Assembly (NCBI GenBank): GCA_041655695.1
Contig: JBBAEW010000001.1
Coordinates: 30,999 to 94,998, forward strand
DNA from: Saccharofermentanales bacterium
GTDB lineage: Bacteria; Bacillota; Clostridia; Saccharofermentanales; DTU023
DNA: 64,000 nt
Direction of reading: 5' to 3'
Shown here: piece after piece, positions 1 to 9,507 of the stretch
How positions within the stretch are numbered: position 1 is the stretch's first letter
Layout: each line of letters starts with the position of its first letter
Notes under the pieces: model-generated
What the model was told of the DNA's origin: nothing
Seen by the model: the letters and a program-made list of their open reading frames with translations, nothing else
Database searches by the model: none
Made by a program: the position numbers and the translations under genes

Positions 1-292
1 TCTTGACAGAGTGATGACAAGGCTTCAAGGTTCCCCCCTCCTGCATCCTTCTCCTGCTGTGTCCCACCGACGTTTCCGGCTCCGGTGCCTGTACGCGGGC
101 AAAAGCGGACCGGCAGGGTGGCGACAGAGCTTAACACTATACGATAGCGACAAAAATGTCAAACAGAATGGGGCATAAATTGTTATTCTGTACAATTGTC
201 AGGTCATGCCATGGGGCTTTTGCCCACCTGGTCCGGGTCGGTTTCGTGATAGACTCAAGGCAGTAAGAAATACCATGGGAGAGGGGCTAAAG

Positions 293-2086
293 ATGGTAAA
301 ACATGAGAAGCTGACCCGCTGGGTCCAGGAGATGACGGAACTCCTGCAGCCCGATCGCGTCATCTGGTGCGACGGCTCGGAGGAAGAGAACCAGCGGCTG
401 CTGGCTGAATGCGTTCAGGAGGGGGCCGCCGTCCGCCTGGATCCCCATAAAAGGCCCGGCTGCCACCTCTTCCGGAGTGATCCTTCCGATGTAGCCCGTG
501 TCGAAGACCGAACCTTTATTGCTTCGGTCAGGGAAGAAGATGCGGGACCAACCAATAACTGGATCGACCCTCAAGTCCTGCGGGAAAAGATGACCGGCCT
601 CTACCGGGGCGCCATGCGGGGCAGAACCCTTTATGTCATCCCCTTCTGCATGGGTCCCCTGGGCTCTCCCGCCTCAAAGATCGGGGTCGAATTGACTGAC
701 AGCGCCTATGTTGTGACCAACATGCGGATCATGACCCGCATGGGCAGGGAAGTCTTGGATCTTCTGGGTTCGGACGGGGAATTTGTCCCCTGCCTCCATT
801 CAGTCGGAGCTCCCCTGGAGCAAGGCCAGGCGGATGTGCCCTGGCCCTGTGCCCCCATGGAGGACAAGTACATCAGTCACTTCCCCGAGACACGCGAGAT
901 CTGGTCTTACGGTTCAGGCTACGGAGGCAACGCCCTCCTGGGCAAGAAGTGCTTCGCCCTCCGGATCGCCTCCGTCCAGGCCCGGGATGAGGGCTGGCTG
1001 GCAGAACATATGCTGATCCTCAAGCTGACCTCCCCGGAAAACCGGGTCTACTATATCTGCGGGGCCTTCCCTTCAGCTTGCGGCAAGACCAACCTGGCCA
1101 TGCTGAGACCGACCATTCCCGGCTGGAAGGTGGAAACGGTCGGCGATGATATCGCCTGGATGCGCTTTGGCGAAGACGGCCGACTATACGCCATCAATCC
1201 GGAGGCCGGCTTCTTCGGCGTCGCTCCCGGCACCTCCCACGACTCAAATCCCAACGCCATGGAGTCCATTCAATCCGATACCATCTTCACCAATGTGGCC
1301 TTGACGGATGACGGCGACGTCTGGTGGGAAGGAATCGGCCAGGATCCTCCCGGCCATCTGACCGACTGGCGGGGCGGGGATTGGTCGCCGGGGGCGCCTG
1401 ATAAGGCAGCCCACCCCAACGCCCGCTTTACGGCACCGGCCAGAAACTGTCCCTCCATCGCGCCCAACTGGGAAGATCCCCAGGGCGTCCCCATCGATGC
1501 CATTTTGGTAGGCGGCCGCCGGCCGTCGACCATTCCCCTGGCCTATCAGAGCTTTGACTGGGAGCACGGGGTTTTCCTGGGAGCCATCATGGGCTCGGAA
1601 GTGACCGCCGCCATCATCTCGGACAAGATTGGCCAGGTCAGGCGGGATCCTTTCGCCATGCTCCCCTTTATCGGCTACCACGTGGCGGATTACCTGCAGC
1701 ATTGGCTGCGCACGGGGCAGAAGACAAGTCCCGACAAGCTGCCCAAGATTTTTGCTGTCAACTGGTTCAGGAGAGGGGATGACGGTCATTTCCTCTGGCC
1801 GGGTTTCGGCGAAAACAGCCGGGTGCTCAAATGGGTGGCCGAGCGCTGCGACGGCACGGCCGGTGCCAGAGAGACAGCCATTGGTTACCTGCCTGGTCCG
1901 GAGGATCTGGATCTTTCTGGTCTGGATCTGCCGGCAGACGACCTGGAGGCCATTACCACAATCGACCCCGAGGCCTGGCTGGCCGAGCTTGACGCAGTTG
2001 AGGCACACTTCGGCACTTACGGGCCCAAGATGCCTCAGGTTTTGTTTGAACAGCTGGCCCGTGTCCGCCAAGGCTTGCAAGGATGA
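293..2086 (+). CDS. pckG: phosphoenolpyruvate carboxykinase (GTP)
   Basis: ORF 206..2086 shows full-length GTP-PEPCK signatures ([28 protein letters not shown]-loop, [14 protein letters not shown]). Start moved to ATG 293, which has GGGAGAGGGG 6 nt upstream; ATG 206 and 275 lack an SD. Confidence 0.9.
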   Translation: MVKHEKLTRWVQEMTELLQPDRVIWCDGSEEENQRLLAECVQEGAAVRLDPHKRPGCHLFRSDPSDVARVEDRTFIASVREEDAGPTNNWIDPQVLREKMTGLYRGAMRGRTLYVIPFCMGPLGSPASKIGVELTDSAYVVTNMRIMTRMGREVLDLLGSDGEFVPCLHSVGAPLEQGQADVPWPCAPMEDKYISHFPETREIWSYGSGYGGNALLGKKCFALRIASVQARDEGWLAEHMLILKLTSPENRVYYICGAFPSACGKTNLAMLRPTIPGWKVETVGDDIAWMRFGEDGRLYAINPEAGFFGVAPGTSHDSNPNAMESIQSDTIFTNVALTDDGDVWWEGIGQDPPGHLTDWRGGDWSPGAPDKAAHPNARFTAPARNCPSIAPNWEDPQGVPIDAILVGGRRPSTIPLAYQSFDWEHGVFLGAIMGSEVTAAIISDKIGQVRRDPFAMLPFIGYHVADYLQHWLRTGQKTSPDKLPKIFAVNWFRRGDDGHFLWPGFGENSRVLKWVAERCDGTAGARETAIGYLPGPEDLDLSGLDLPADDLEAITTIDPEAWLAELDAVEAHFGTYGPKMPQVLFEQLARVRQGLQG

Positions 2087-2099
2087 AGAGGATGTTCCC

Positions 2100-3284
2100 A
2101 TGATCTCAGACCGTATCCGCCAAATTACGCCCTCCCAGACCCTGGAGCTCAACAGCAAGATCGCAAGACTGCGAAAGGAAGGCAAAAATATCATCGCCCT
2201 CAACAGCGGTGAACCCGACTTCAACACGCCGGCCCCCATCATCCAGGCGGCCTGTCAGGCCATGCTGGACGGAAAAACCAAGTATACTCAGACGCCGGGG
2301 ATACCGGAGCTTCGGGAGGCCATCGCCCGAAAACTCCTGCGCGAAAACAAGGTTGCCTATGAGGCCGACGAAATTCTGGTGTCGACCGGGGCCAAATATG
2401 CCCTGACCAACACCTTCCTGACTCTTTGCAACCCGGGCGACCAGGTTATCATCCCGACCCCCTGCTGGGTCAGTTATGTGGAGATGGTCAAACTGGCGGG
2501 CGCAGTCCCTGTCCTGATCCCGGTTCAGGAGGACAACCGCCTGGACCTCCAGGCCCTGGAAGCCGCCATCACAGCCAAAACCCGGGTCATCCTGATCAAC
2601 AGCCCCAACAATCCGACCGGGGCCGTCTACACGGAAGAAAGCCTGCGGACCGTGGCCCGGCTGGCGCTGGATCATGACCTGATGCTGGTGACGGATGAGG
2701 TTTACGAGAAGCTGATCTATGGGGACACGGCCCATGTCAGCATGGCCTCCTTTTCTCCTGAGATCCGGGAACGGACCATAACCATCAATGCCTTCTCAAA
2801 AGCTTACGCCATGACAGGCTGGCGCCTGGGATATGCCGCGGGGCCGCGCTCCATTATCCGGGGACTTTCTGCCATCCAGGGCCACACAACATCCAATGCT
2901 ACCTCCTTTGCCCAATGGGCAGCCATTACGGCCCTTGAATCCTGCGACAGGGAGGTCGAGGTCATGCGGCAGGCCTTCCAGGAGCGCCGGGATTACCTCT
3001 ATGGGCGTGTGAGCGCGCTCCCGGGGGTCCGCTGCCCCTTCCCCGACGGGGCCTTCTATCTCTTCCCGGACGTGACAGACCTGTTTGGCCGCCGGACGGG
3101 AGACCGGGTCATTGAGGATGCGTCCGCTTTGGCTGACTATCTGCTGGATGAGGCCGGCGTCGCCCTGGTACCCGGAGGAGCTTTTGAGGCTCCGCACGCC
3201 ATCCGGCTGACCTATTCCAACTCCATGGACAACCTGATCGAGGCCATGGACCGGATCGAAGAAGCGCTGGACCGCCTGGTTTAG
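2100..3284 (+). CDS. class I pyridoxal-phosphate aminotransferase (aspartate aminotransferase-like)
   Basis: Inner part of ORF 1629..3284. ATG 2100 is preceded by GAAGAGGA. Motifs NSGEPDFNTP, SPNNPTG and the PLP-lysine motif FSKAYAMTGWRLGY. Confidence 0.88.
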   Translation: MISDRIRQITPSQTLELNSKIARLRKEGKNIIALNSGEPDFNTPAPIIQAACQAMLDGKTKYTQTPGIPELREAIARKLLRENKVAYEADEILVSTGAKYALTNTFLTLCNPGDQVIIPTPCWVSYVEMVKLAGAVPVLIPVQEDNRLDLQALEAAITAKTRVILINSPNNPTGAVYTEESLRTVARLALDHDLMLVTDEVYEKLIYGDTAHVSMASFSPEIRERTITINAFSKAYAMTGWRLGYAAGPRSIIRGLSAIQGHTTSNATSFAQWAAITALESCDREVEVMRQAFQERRDYLYGRVSALPGVRCPFPDGAFYLFPDVTDLFGRRTGDRVIEDASALADYLLDEAGVALVPGGAFEAPHAIRLTYSNSMDNLIEAMDRIEEALDRLV

Positions 3285-3330
3285 GGGGATTCCCGGCAAG
3301 CCTGCGCCTCAGGCGCCTGGGGGAAAGCTT

Positions 3331-4083
3331 ATGAATCCGAAACACACAGCCTTTCACCGCAAGGTGGAAGGGGCTTCCAAGGCCGTGCTTTTTATCCATG
3401 GCATTTGCGGATCGCCCTACCATTTTCGCGACCTCTACAGTCAGGTCCCTCAAGACTGGACCATCGAGTCTATCCTGCTCCAGGGGCACGGGGGGAGCGC
3501 CCTGGATTTCGGCCGCGCTTCCATGGCCCGCTGGAGAGAGCAGGCCGGCCAGGCAGTCGATGATCTGGCCGCCCGCCACAGTACCCTACTGATCACCGGT
3601 CATTCCATGGGGACACTTCTGGCCATTGACCAGGCCCTTCAAAAACCGGATCAGGTGAAAGGTCTCTTCCTCCTGGCTGTCCCCTTGCGGGCCAGGGCAA
3701 CGGGCACGTCGGCCAATCAGGCTGTCCGCGCGGCACTGGATCTGAAGTCACGGGGCAATCCTTCGGTTGAGACTGCCAAGGCTCTCTACGGCATTGACCC
3801 AGACCGGAAGGTCTGGCGCTACCTGCGCTATATCTCCCGCTACAATGAGCTCCTGAGATTCATGAAACAGACGCGGGAAGCCATCCCCCGCCTGCAGATT
3901 CCCAGCCGGGTACTCATGTCCCGCCTGGACGAAATCGTCTCAGCCAAATCGGCTTCTTATCTGACACCCAATCCCATGATTTCCCTGGACTGGCTTGAAG
4001 ACTCAGATCACAAGTATTACCCGCCGGAAGACAAGGCCTTCCTGCTCAGGGACTTCGCGGAATTCTGCCGAAAGCTTGATTAA
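3331..4083 (+). CDS. alpha/beta hydrolase (esterase/lipase-like)
   Basis: ORF with FIHGICGS oxyanion region and GHSMG nucleophile elbow. Substrate unknown. Confidence 0.7.
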   Translation: MNPKHTAFHRKVEGASKAVLFIHGICGSPYHFRDLYSQVPQDWTIESILLQGHGGSALDFGRASMARWREQAGQAVDDLAARHSTLLITGHSMGTLLAIDQALQKPDQVKGLFLLAVPLRARATGTSANQAVRAALDLKSRGNPSVETAKALYGIDPDRKVWRYLRYISRYNELLRFMKQTREAIPRLQIPSRVLMSRLDEIVSAKSASYLTPNPMISLDWLEDSDHKYYPPEDKAFLLRDFAEFCRKLD

Positions 4084-4904
4084 GGGGAAGAACTTTTCCG
4101 GCAGATGAGGAGGGCGTGGTTGCTCATGCCGGTGCAGCTTTCATGGCGGGTCATCTGATCGTAGAGGGGCCGCATCTTTTCAAAGGCCTCAGGGGTCATC
4201 CGGTCGACCAGGCCCATGGTGATCATGAAGTCGGTTCCCAGGTTCTTGATCTTTTCCAGTCCGTGGCGGGCTGCCAGCCTTTCCATGTCTTCGGGCATGG
4301 TATAGAAAAAGGAGTCGGGCCGCAAATCATCGCGGCCTTCTTCCAGTATCAGCCTGTTGGCCCGGCTATTGGGATAGATGCCGTCCGGCCCCTGGGCCAG
4401 GCAGGCACCGGCATAGACGCCGACCCGGTTCATGTAGGCAAAGGCCAGGAGGCCGCCCGGCCGGCAGACGCGGACACATTCGGAAAAGGCGGCTTCCCCT
4501 TCTTCCTCCGGCAAATGGTAGAGGGGGCCAAGGCAGAGGACTGCATCGAATTCCTGGTCCATAATACCCAGAAGATGTGTGGCGTCACCCAGGCGGCAGG
4601 ACAGATGGGAATGTCCGCTGGTCTTGATCTTCTCCCGGAAGCGGTCAATGTGGGGCGGATGGATGTCAATGCCCAGGTATTCCCTGCAGGAGTCGGCGTA
4701 ATGAAAGGCGTAATAGCCTGTCGCGCAGCCGACCTCCAGGACCCGGTCCTCTTTTGTGATCAGGTCTTCCAGGTGGCTGACTGTGTAATGGTATTCAAGT
4801 GAAGCCGTGCGTGACCGGTGCCAGCGCTTCTCTTCGTCACCGCCGTCGCCATAGATCAGGGCCATTTCAAGGGGGTTTCCGGACATAAGCCTCTCTCCTG
4901 TCAT
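4080..4904 (-). CDS. class I SAM-dependent methyltransferase
   Basis: ORF with motif I VLEVGCATGYY. Converges on 3331..4083 with a shared palindromic TTAA stop overlap. Confidence 0.75.
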   Translation of the reverse strand: MTGERLMSGNPLEMALIYGDGGDEEKRWHRSRTASLEYHYTVSHLEDLITKEDRVLEVGCATGYYAFHYADSCREYLGIDIHPPHIDRFREKIKTSGHSHLSCRLGDATHLLGIMDQEFDAVLCLGPLYHLPEEEGEAAFSECVRVCRPGGLLAFAYMNRVGVYAGACLAQGPDGIYPNSRANRLILEEGRDDLRPDSFFYTMPEDMERLAARHGLEKIKNLGTDFMITMGLVDRMTPEAFEKMRPLYDQMTRHESCTGMSNHALLICRKSSSP

Positions 4905-4956
4905 GCTTGATAGAAACGAGCGGACTCTTACCTGTACTTTAACGGTTTTAGGGCAA

Positions 4957-4990
4957 CAAAAAAAGGAGGCGGGTCAGCTGACCCGCCTCC
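4957..4990 (-). terminator. rho-independent terminator after hsp20
   Basis: 26-nt perfect palindrome GGAGGCGGGTCAGCTGACCCGCCTCC (4965..4990), followed on the minus strand by a T7 run, about 21 nt after the hsp20 stop. Confidence 0.75.
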
Positions 4991-5011
4991 TTGCGGCAAC
5001 CGCAGGGCGGC

Positions 5012-5440
5012 CTAGTCTTCGATTTGGATCTCAATGGCTTCCGGTTCAGTTTTCCTGTCCTGCTTGGGCAGGGTCAGGGACAGGACTCCGTCCTTGAATT
5101 TGCCCTTGATGGCCCCGGTATCGATTCCGGAAACATCAAAGCTTCTGGAGCAGGAGCCGTAGGAGCGTTCCTTGTAAACGTAGTTCTTGCCTTCGTCAGT
5201 CTTCTCCGCGTTTTGTTCCGCCCGGATGGTCAGGAGCTGGCCGTCCAGACTGATCTTAATGTCTTCCTTTTTCGCGCCGGGGAGGTCTGCTTCCAGAAGG
5301 AAATGATCGCCCGCATCTTGAACGTCAACTTTGAAGCCTCTCACACCGGAGAAATCCTGCAAAAAGGCGTTGCCGAAGAAGCGGTTGAAATCATTGACCA
5401 GGCCGCGTTCACGGCGGCTGTAGGGAATTAAGTCAAACAT
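5012..5440 (-). CDS. Hsp20/alpha-crystallin family small heat-shock protein
   Basis: ORF with an alpha-crystallin domain pattern (FKVDVQDAGDHFLLEADLPGAKKEDIKI, GVLSLTLPK). SD AAAGGAGG upstream. Confidence 0.9.
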   Translation of the reverse strand: MFDLIPYSRRERGLVNDFNRFFGNAFLQDFSGVRGFKVDVQDAGDHFLLEADLPGAKKEDIKISLDGQLLTIRAEQNAEKTDEGKNYVYKERSYGSCSRSFDVSGIDTGAIKGKFKDGVLSLTLPKQDRKTEPEAIEIQIED

Positions 5441-5530
5441 ATCCTTTGCCTCCTTTGTTCTTATTCTGTAAACAGCATAAGGGCCGCTTGTGAAAATAGT
5501 TCAATGGAATTTTGGAGCAATTCTGACATT

Positions 5531-5557
5531 TTGGCACTCTCTTGTAAGGAGTGCCAG
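5531..5557. promoter_or_regulatory. CIRCE-like inverted repeat (putative HrcA operator)
   Basis: TTGGCACTC-N9-GAGTGCCAG versus the CIRCE consensus TTAGCACTC-N9-GAGTGCTAA. Lies about 90 nt upstream of the hsp20 start, in the divergent spacer. Confidence 0.6.
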
Positions 5558-5630
5558 TTTCTGTGGTCGGCCAAAGGACGCTTTTCTTCAAAGCTTTTGC
5601 GCTATAGTTGTCTTTATGTGAAGGGGGCTC

Positions 5631-6350
5631 ATGGAAACCGTCTATCTGATCATCGTCATTCTGATTGCCTATCTGGTCCAGTCGGTCACGGGCTTCGGCG
5701 GCGCCCTGCTCTCACTGCCCATCACCATTCTGCTGATCGGTTTTGACCAGGCCCGCCTGCTGGCAACCGCCCTCTCCCTGATCACGGGCATGCTGGTCTC
5801 CATCCGCTACTGGCGTCAGATCAACCGGCCCAAACTGGCTTTCATTCTCCTGGTCATGGCTATTGGAACCGGAGCCGGCCTGCTCCTGGACAAGGTGCTG
5901 GACGCCCCGCTGCTCATAACTCTTTATGGCCTGGCAACCATCGGGATCGCCCTGGCCAGCTTTATCCCCAGGAAAGGGCCGCCCCGCCGGCCTGGCAAGA
6001 TTCTGGGCCTTCTCATCCTCCTTCTGGCCGGGATCATGCAGGGGCTTTTTGTCGCCGGCGGCGCCTTTCTCATGGTTTATGCCATCCACGAGTTCCCGGA
6101 TAAAACGGAGTTCCGGGCCACCTGCTCGGCAGTCTGGGGTGCCCTCAACTGGTTCATGCTGCTCAATTACGGCTTTGCCGGCAAGATCAATCTCCAGGGC
6201 CTGAAGCTGATCGCCCTCTGTGCCCCCCTTGTACTGATTACCTTGTTTGTAGCCGAGAAACTGCAGTCCAGGATCAATCAGGCCTTCTTTTTCAAAGCAG
6301 CCAATGTGCTGCTCCTGGTCACGGGGGTCATTCTTCTGGCCAGCCATTAG
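5631..6350 (+). CDS. TSUP (TauE/SafE) family permease
   Basis: ORF for a polytopic membrane protein with the N-terminal GFGG motif (VQSVTGFGGALL) and an internal FRAT motif. Paralogous to the three genes at 16919..19224. Confidence 0.8.
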   Translation: METVYLIIVILIAYLVQSVTGFGGALLSLPITILLIGFDQARLLATALSLITGMLVSIRYWRQINRPKLAFILLVMAIGTGAGLLLDKVLDAPLLITLYGLATIGIALASFIPRKGPPRRPGKILGLLILLLAGIMQGLFVAGGAFLMVYAIHEFPDKTEFRATCSAVWGALNWFMLLNYGFAGKINLQGLKLIALCAPLVLITLFVAEKLQSRINQAFFFKAANVLLLVTGVILLASH

Positions 6351-6406
6351 GTCCGGTTGTACTTTGAAGGCCGGGAGTGGATAATGGTCGGGGAGGGCCT
6401 GGACCC

Positions 6407-7852
6407 ATGTACGATGTTGCCATTATCGGCGCCGGTGTGGTCGGCTGTGCACTGGCCTATACGCTGTCTCAATACCAAGTATCGGTTCTGCTCATTGAAA
6501 AGGAGAATGACGTCGCCATGGGCGCGTCACGTGCCAATACGGCCATTATCCATGCCGGTTTTGATCCCCCGCCTGAAAGCCTCATGGGCCAATTGAATGT
6601 TGAGGGCATGCACCGCTGCTATGAACTGTGCCGGGAGCTGGACGTGGAACACAGGCAAACCGGTTCCCTGGTCCTGGCCTTTGACGCCAGCCAGCGATTG
6701 ACTCTGGAGGAGCTCTACCGACAGGGTCTGGCCAACGGCTGCGCAGGTCTGGAGATCATCAGCGGGGATCAGGCGCGTCAGCGGGAACCCCGCTTGTCTC
6801 CCGATCTTGTCGCCGCCCTCTGGGCGCCGGAAGCAGGTGTCATCAATCCCTGGGACTTCGCCCTGGCCATGGCGGAGGTGGCGCTTCGCAACGGCGTGAT
6901 CTTCATGCCCGACTCCCGTGTCACAGCCATCAGGCGGGAGCCCGGTTTTTACAGGATGGGCTTTCAGGATTCAGAAGAAGAAATCAAGGCCCGCTATGTG
7001 GTCAACGCAGCCGGCCTTGAAAGCGGCCTCATCCACGATCTGGTTGCGGAACCTTCCTTTCAGATCCAGCCTACCCGGGGGGAATACTATCTCCTGGACC
7101 GGACAGCGGGGCCGCTGATCCAGTCCATCATCTTCCACTGCCCGACCGAGCACGGCAAGGGAGTGACTGTATCCCCCACCATTCACGATAACTTCCTGGT
7201 TGGCCCCAACTCCCAGATCATCGATGACCCGGACGATACGGGGGTCACCCGGGCAGGCCTCGACCATATCGGGGAGATCGCCCGCAAGATGGTACCCTCT
7301 CTCCCTTTGAACGCCAATATCCGCAATTTTGCCGGAGTCCGCGCCAACAGCGACCGCCAGGATTTTGTCATCGGTCTGGCAGCGGAGAACTTCCTGGATC
7401 TGGCCGCCATCAAGTCGCCCGGCCTCACCTCCGCACCTGCCATCGCGCGCCTGGGCCGTGATCTGCTTTCTGAGAACGGGCTGGACCTGAAAAAGAAAGA
7501 AGTCTGGGAGGGCGGCCGCCGGGTCATCCGCTTCAAGGAGATACCCGAAGACCAGAAAGAAGCCTTCGTCCGGGACAATCCCCTGTACGGACGGGTCATC
7601 TGCCGCTGCGAGACTATCACGGAAGGGGAGTTGGTTGCCTGCATGAAAAGCCCCATTCCCCCTGTCTCCATTGACGGGGTCAAGCGGCGGACCGGTTCGG
7701 GTCTGGGCCGTTGTCAGGGAGGGTTTTGCGGGCCCCGTGTCCTGGAGATCCTGGCCCGTGAGAGCGGCCGACAGCCCCTGGAGATTGAAGAAGATGGCCG
7801 GGGCAGCAGGATCCTGACACGTCCCACCAAAGAGGGTTGTCCCCGTGACTGA
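6407..7852 (+). CDS. FAD-dependent glycerol-3-phosphate dehydrogenase/oxidase-like oxidoreductase with BFD-like [2Fe-2S] domain
   Basis: ORF 6377..7852. Start taken at MYDVAIIGAGVVG (dinucleotide fold). C-terminal CRCETITEGE...GRCQGGFCG BFD-type cysteine motif. Linked to glpK. Confidence 0.8.
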   Translation: MYDVAIIGAGVVGCALAYTLSQYQVSVLLIEKENDVAMGASRANTAIIHAGFDPPPESLMGQLNVEGMHRCYELCRELDVEHRQTGSLVLAFDASQRLTLEELYRQGLANGCAGLEIISGDQARQREPRLSPDLVAALWAPEAGVINPWDFALAMAEVALRNGVIFMPDSRVTAIRREPGFYRMGFQDSEEEIKARYVVNAAGLESGLIHDLVAEPSFQIQPTRGEYYLLDRTAGPLIQSIIFHCPTEHGKGVTVSPTIHDNFLVGPNSQIIDDPDDTGVTRAGLDHIGEIARKMVPSLPLNANIRNFAGVRANSDRQDFVIGLAAENFLDLAAIKSPGLTSAPAIARLGRDLLSENGLDLKKKEVWEGGRRVIRFKEIPEDQKEAFVRDNPLYGRVICRCETITEGELVACMKSPIPPVSIDGVKRRTGSGLGRCQGGFCGPRVLEILARESGRQPLEIEEDGRGSRILTRPTKEGCPRD

Positions 7853-9149
7853 GCGCTGGCAGCTGGTTGTAATCGGCGGCGGGCCGGCCGGTATTGGCGC
7901 CGCTGTCGCGGCCAGGCGAAGCGGCCTGTCCCGGATCCTGATCCTGGAGAGGGACCGGGAAGCCGGCGGCATCCTCAACCAGTGCATCCATAACGGATTT
8001 GGCCTCCATTATTTCGGTCAGGAGCTGACCGGCCCCGAATACGCCGGCCGGCTGGCCGACCAGCTTAAGGCAGAGGGTCTCAAGGTCCAATGCGACACCA
8101 TGGTCCTGGCCATTGAACCGGGCGGGACAGGCCATCGGATCGGCCTCATGAGTGCTTCGGAAGGCTACCGGTGGATTGAGAGCCAGGCAGTCATCCTGGC
8201 TATGGGCTGCCGTGAGCGGACCCGGGGGGCTATTGGCATTCCCGGCAAGAGGCTTTCGGGGATCCTGACCGCCGGAACCGCCCAGCGCTATGTCAACATG
8301 GAAGGCTACATGGTAGGAGAGCGGGTCATTGTTCTGGGTTCCGGGGACATCGGCCTGATCATGGCCCGCCGGATGACCCTTGAGGGGGCGGAGGTGGTGG
8401 CCTGTGTCGAGCTCATGCCTTATTCGGGCGGACTTGCCCGCAACCTTGTCCAGTGTCTGGACGATTATGACATTCCCCTGCTCCTGTCCCACACCATCAC
8501 AAGGATTGACGGCCAGGAGCGCGTCAGCGGTGTCAATGTCCAGGCAGTCGACCAGGATCTGAAACCTGTCCCGGGGACCGACCGCTATTTTCAAGTGGAC
8601 ACGGTCCTCCTCTCCGTGGGCCTGATACCGGAAAATGAATTGACCCGGGCAGCCGGGATTGAGATGGATCCCAGAACAGGCGGAGCCCTGGTCCGGGAGA
8701 ACAAGGAGACCTCGGTCAGGGGTATCTTTGCCTGTGGGAACGTCCTGCATGTCCACGATCTTGTCGATTATGTGACCCAGGAAAGCGAGGAAGCCGGGCG
8801 GGCTGCCGCCGCTTATGTGAACGGCCTGACTCCGGCGGTTTCTTCGGAAGAAGATCTGGTTCGCGTCATTCCCGGCCCGGGAATTGCCTATACCGTCCCT
8901 CAGGAAATACGGGTGAGCCGGGCCCAGGATCCGATCCGGCTTTTCTTCCGTGTCCGGCAGCCGGAAAAGAGCCCCAGGCGTATTCTTCTTAAAGACGGTG
9001 ACCGGGTGCTGGGCTCCTTCCGCAAACCCTATATGGCTCCGGGTGAAATGGAGGATCTGACTCTGACCCGGTCCTTGCTGGAAGAAATCCAGGGCGGCCA
9101 GCTTGAAATTGCACTGGAAGAAAAAGAAGGCGGGATAACGGCCCAATGA
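7845..9149 (+). CDS. FAD/NAD(P)-dependent pyridine nucleotide-disulfide-type oxidoreductase (partner subunit of the glpA-like enzyme)
   Basis: ORF with two dinucleotide folds (VVIGGGPAGIGAA and VLGSGDIGLIMA). Overlaps the upstream gene by 8 nt. Confidence 0.75.
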   Translation: MTERWQLVVIGGGPAGIGAAVAARRSGLSRILILERDREAGGILNQCIHNGFGLHYFGQELTGPEYAGRLADQLKAEGLKVQCDTMVLAIEPGGTGHRIGLMSASEGYRWIESQAVILAMGCRERTRGAIGIPGKRLSGILTAGTAQRYVNMEGYMVGERVIVLGSGDIGLIMARRMTLEGAEVVACVELMPYSGGLARNLVQCLDDYDIPLLLSHTITRIDGQERVSGVNVQAVDQDLKPVPGTDRYFQVDTVLLSVGLIPENELTRAAGIEMDPRTGGALVRENKETSVRGIFACGNVLHVHDLVDYVTQESEEAGRAAAAYVNGLTPAVSSEEDLVRVIPGPGIAYTVPQEIRVSRAQDPIRLFFRVRQPEKSPRRILLKDGDRVLGSFRKPYMAPGEMEDLTLTRSLLEEIQGGQLEIALEEKEGGITAQ

Positions 9150-9496
9150 AAGAAATGATCTGCATTCTCTGCCCCCAGGGCTGCCATCTGACCGTTGATG
9201 AGGCGGATGATTTCAAGGTTTCCGGCAATCGCTGCAAGCGGGGGCTCAGCTACGGCCGTGAGGAAGCCATGAATCCGGTCCGGACGGTGACCTCAACCGT
9301 TTGTGTCCAAAGCGCCGTTCATCCGCGCTGCCCGGTCAAGACCGATCAGCCCATCCCTAAAAAAGACATGAAGGAGGCTGTCCGGCTTCTGGATGGGATC
9401 CAGATGATCCCGCCAATCCGCCGCGGTGACCTTGTCGTCGAAAAGATCCTGGGACACGCTGCCAATTTCGTTGCGACCCGGGATATTGACCAGTAA
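9146..9496 (+). CDS. DUF1667-type small Cys-rich protein
   Basis: ORF with an N-terminal CILCPQGC...GNRCKRG motif and a 4-nt overlap with the upstream gene. This trio occurs next to glpK in anaerobic Bacillota and Thermotogae. Confidence 0.65.
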   Translation: MKEMICILCPQGCHLTVDEADDFKVSGNRCKRGLSYGREEAMNPVRTVTSTVCVQSAVHPRCPVKTDQPIPKKDMKEAVRLLDGIQMIPPIRRGDLVVEKILGHAANFVATRDIDQ

Positions 9497-9507
9497 GGAG
9501 GCAAGCC

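Noticed and set aside
163-191. Inverted repeat ACAGAAT-N15-ATTCTGT upstream of pckG.
   Set aside because: The arms are short and AT-rich, it matches no cre or other known operator consensus, and it could arise by chance.
1-205. GC-rich region with several short helices at the window start, considered as a possible ncRNA or riboswitch.
   Set aside because: I recognised no conserved riboswitch core or RNA gene signature. The region is truncated by the window edge, so it cannot be assessed.
4080-4083. Convergent gene overlaps: the shared TTAA stop at 4080..4083 and the 12-nt overlap at 38645..38656.
   Set aside because: Such overlaps are common in compact genomes and there is no evidence of regulatory meaning.
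7680-9146. Other long antisense ORFs: 1244..2242, 7680..9146, 9346..10464, 6971..7987, 42423..43406, 43613..44584 and 61085..61945.
   Set aside because: Each lies opposite a confidently identified gene (pckG, glp genes, glpK, ahcY, BMP protein, tuf). All have low-complexity Arg/Gly/Pro-rich translations and are GC-driven stop-codon depletion artefacts.
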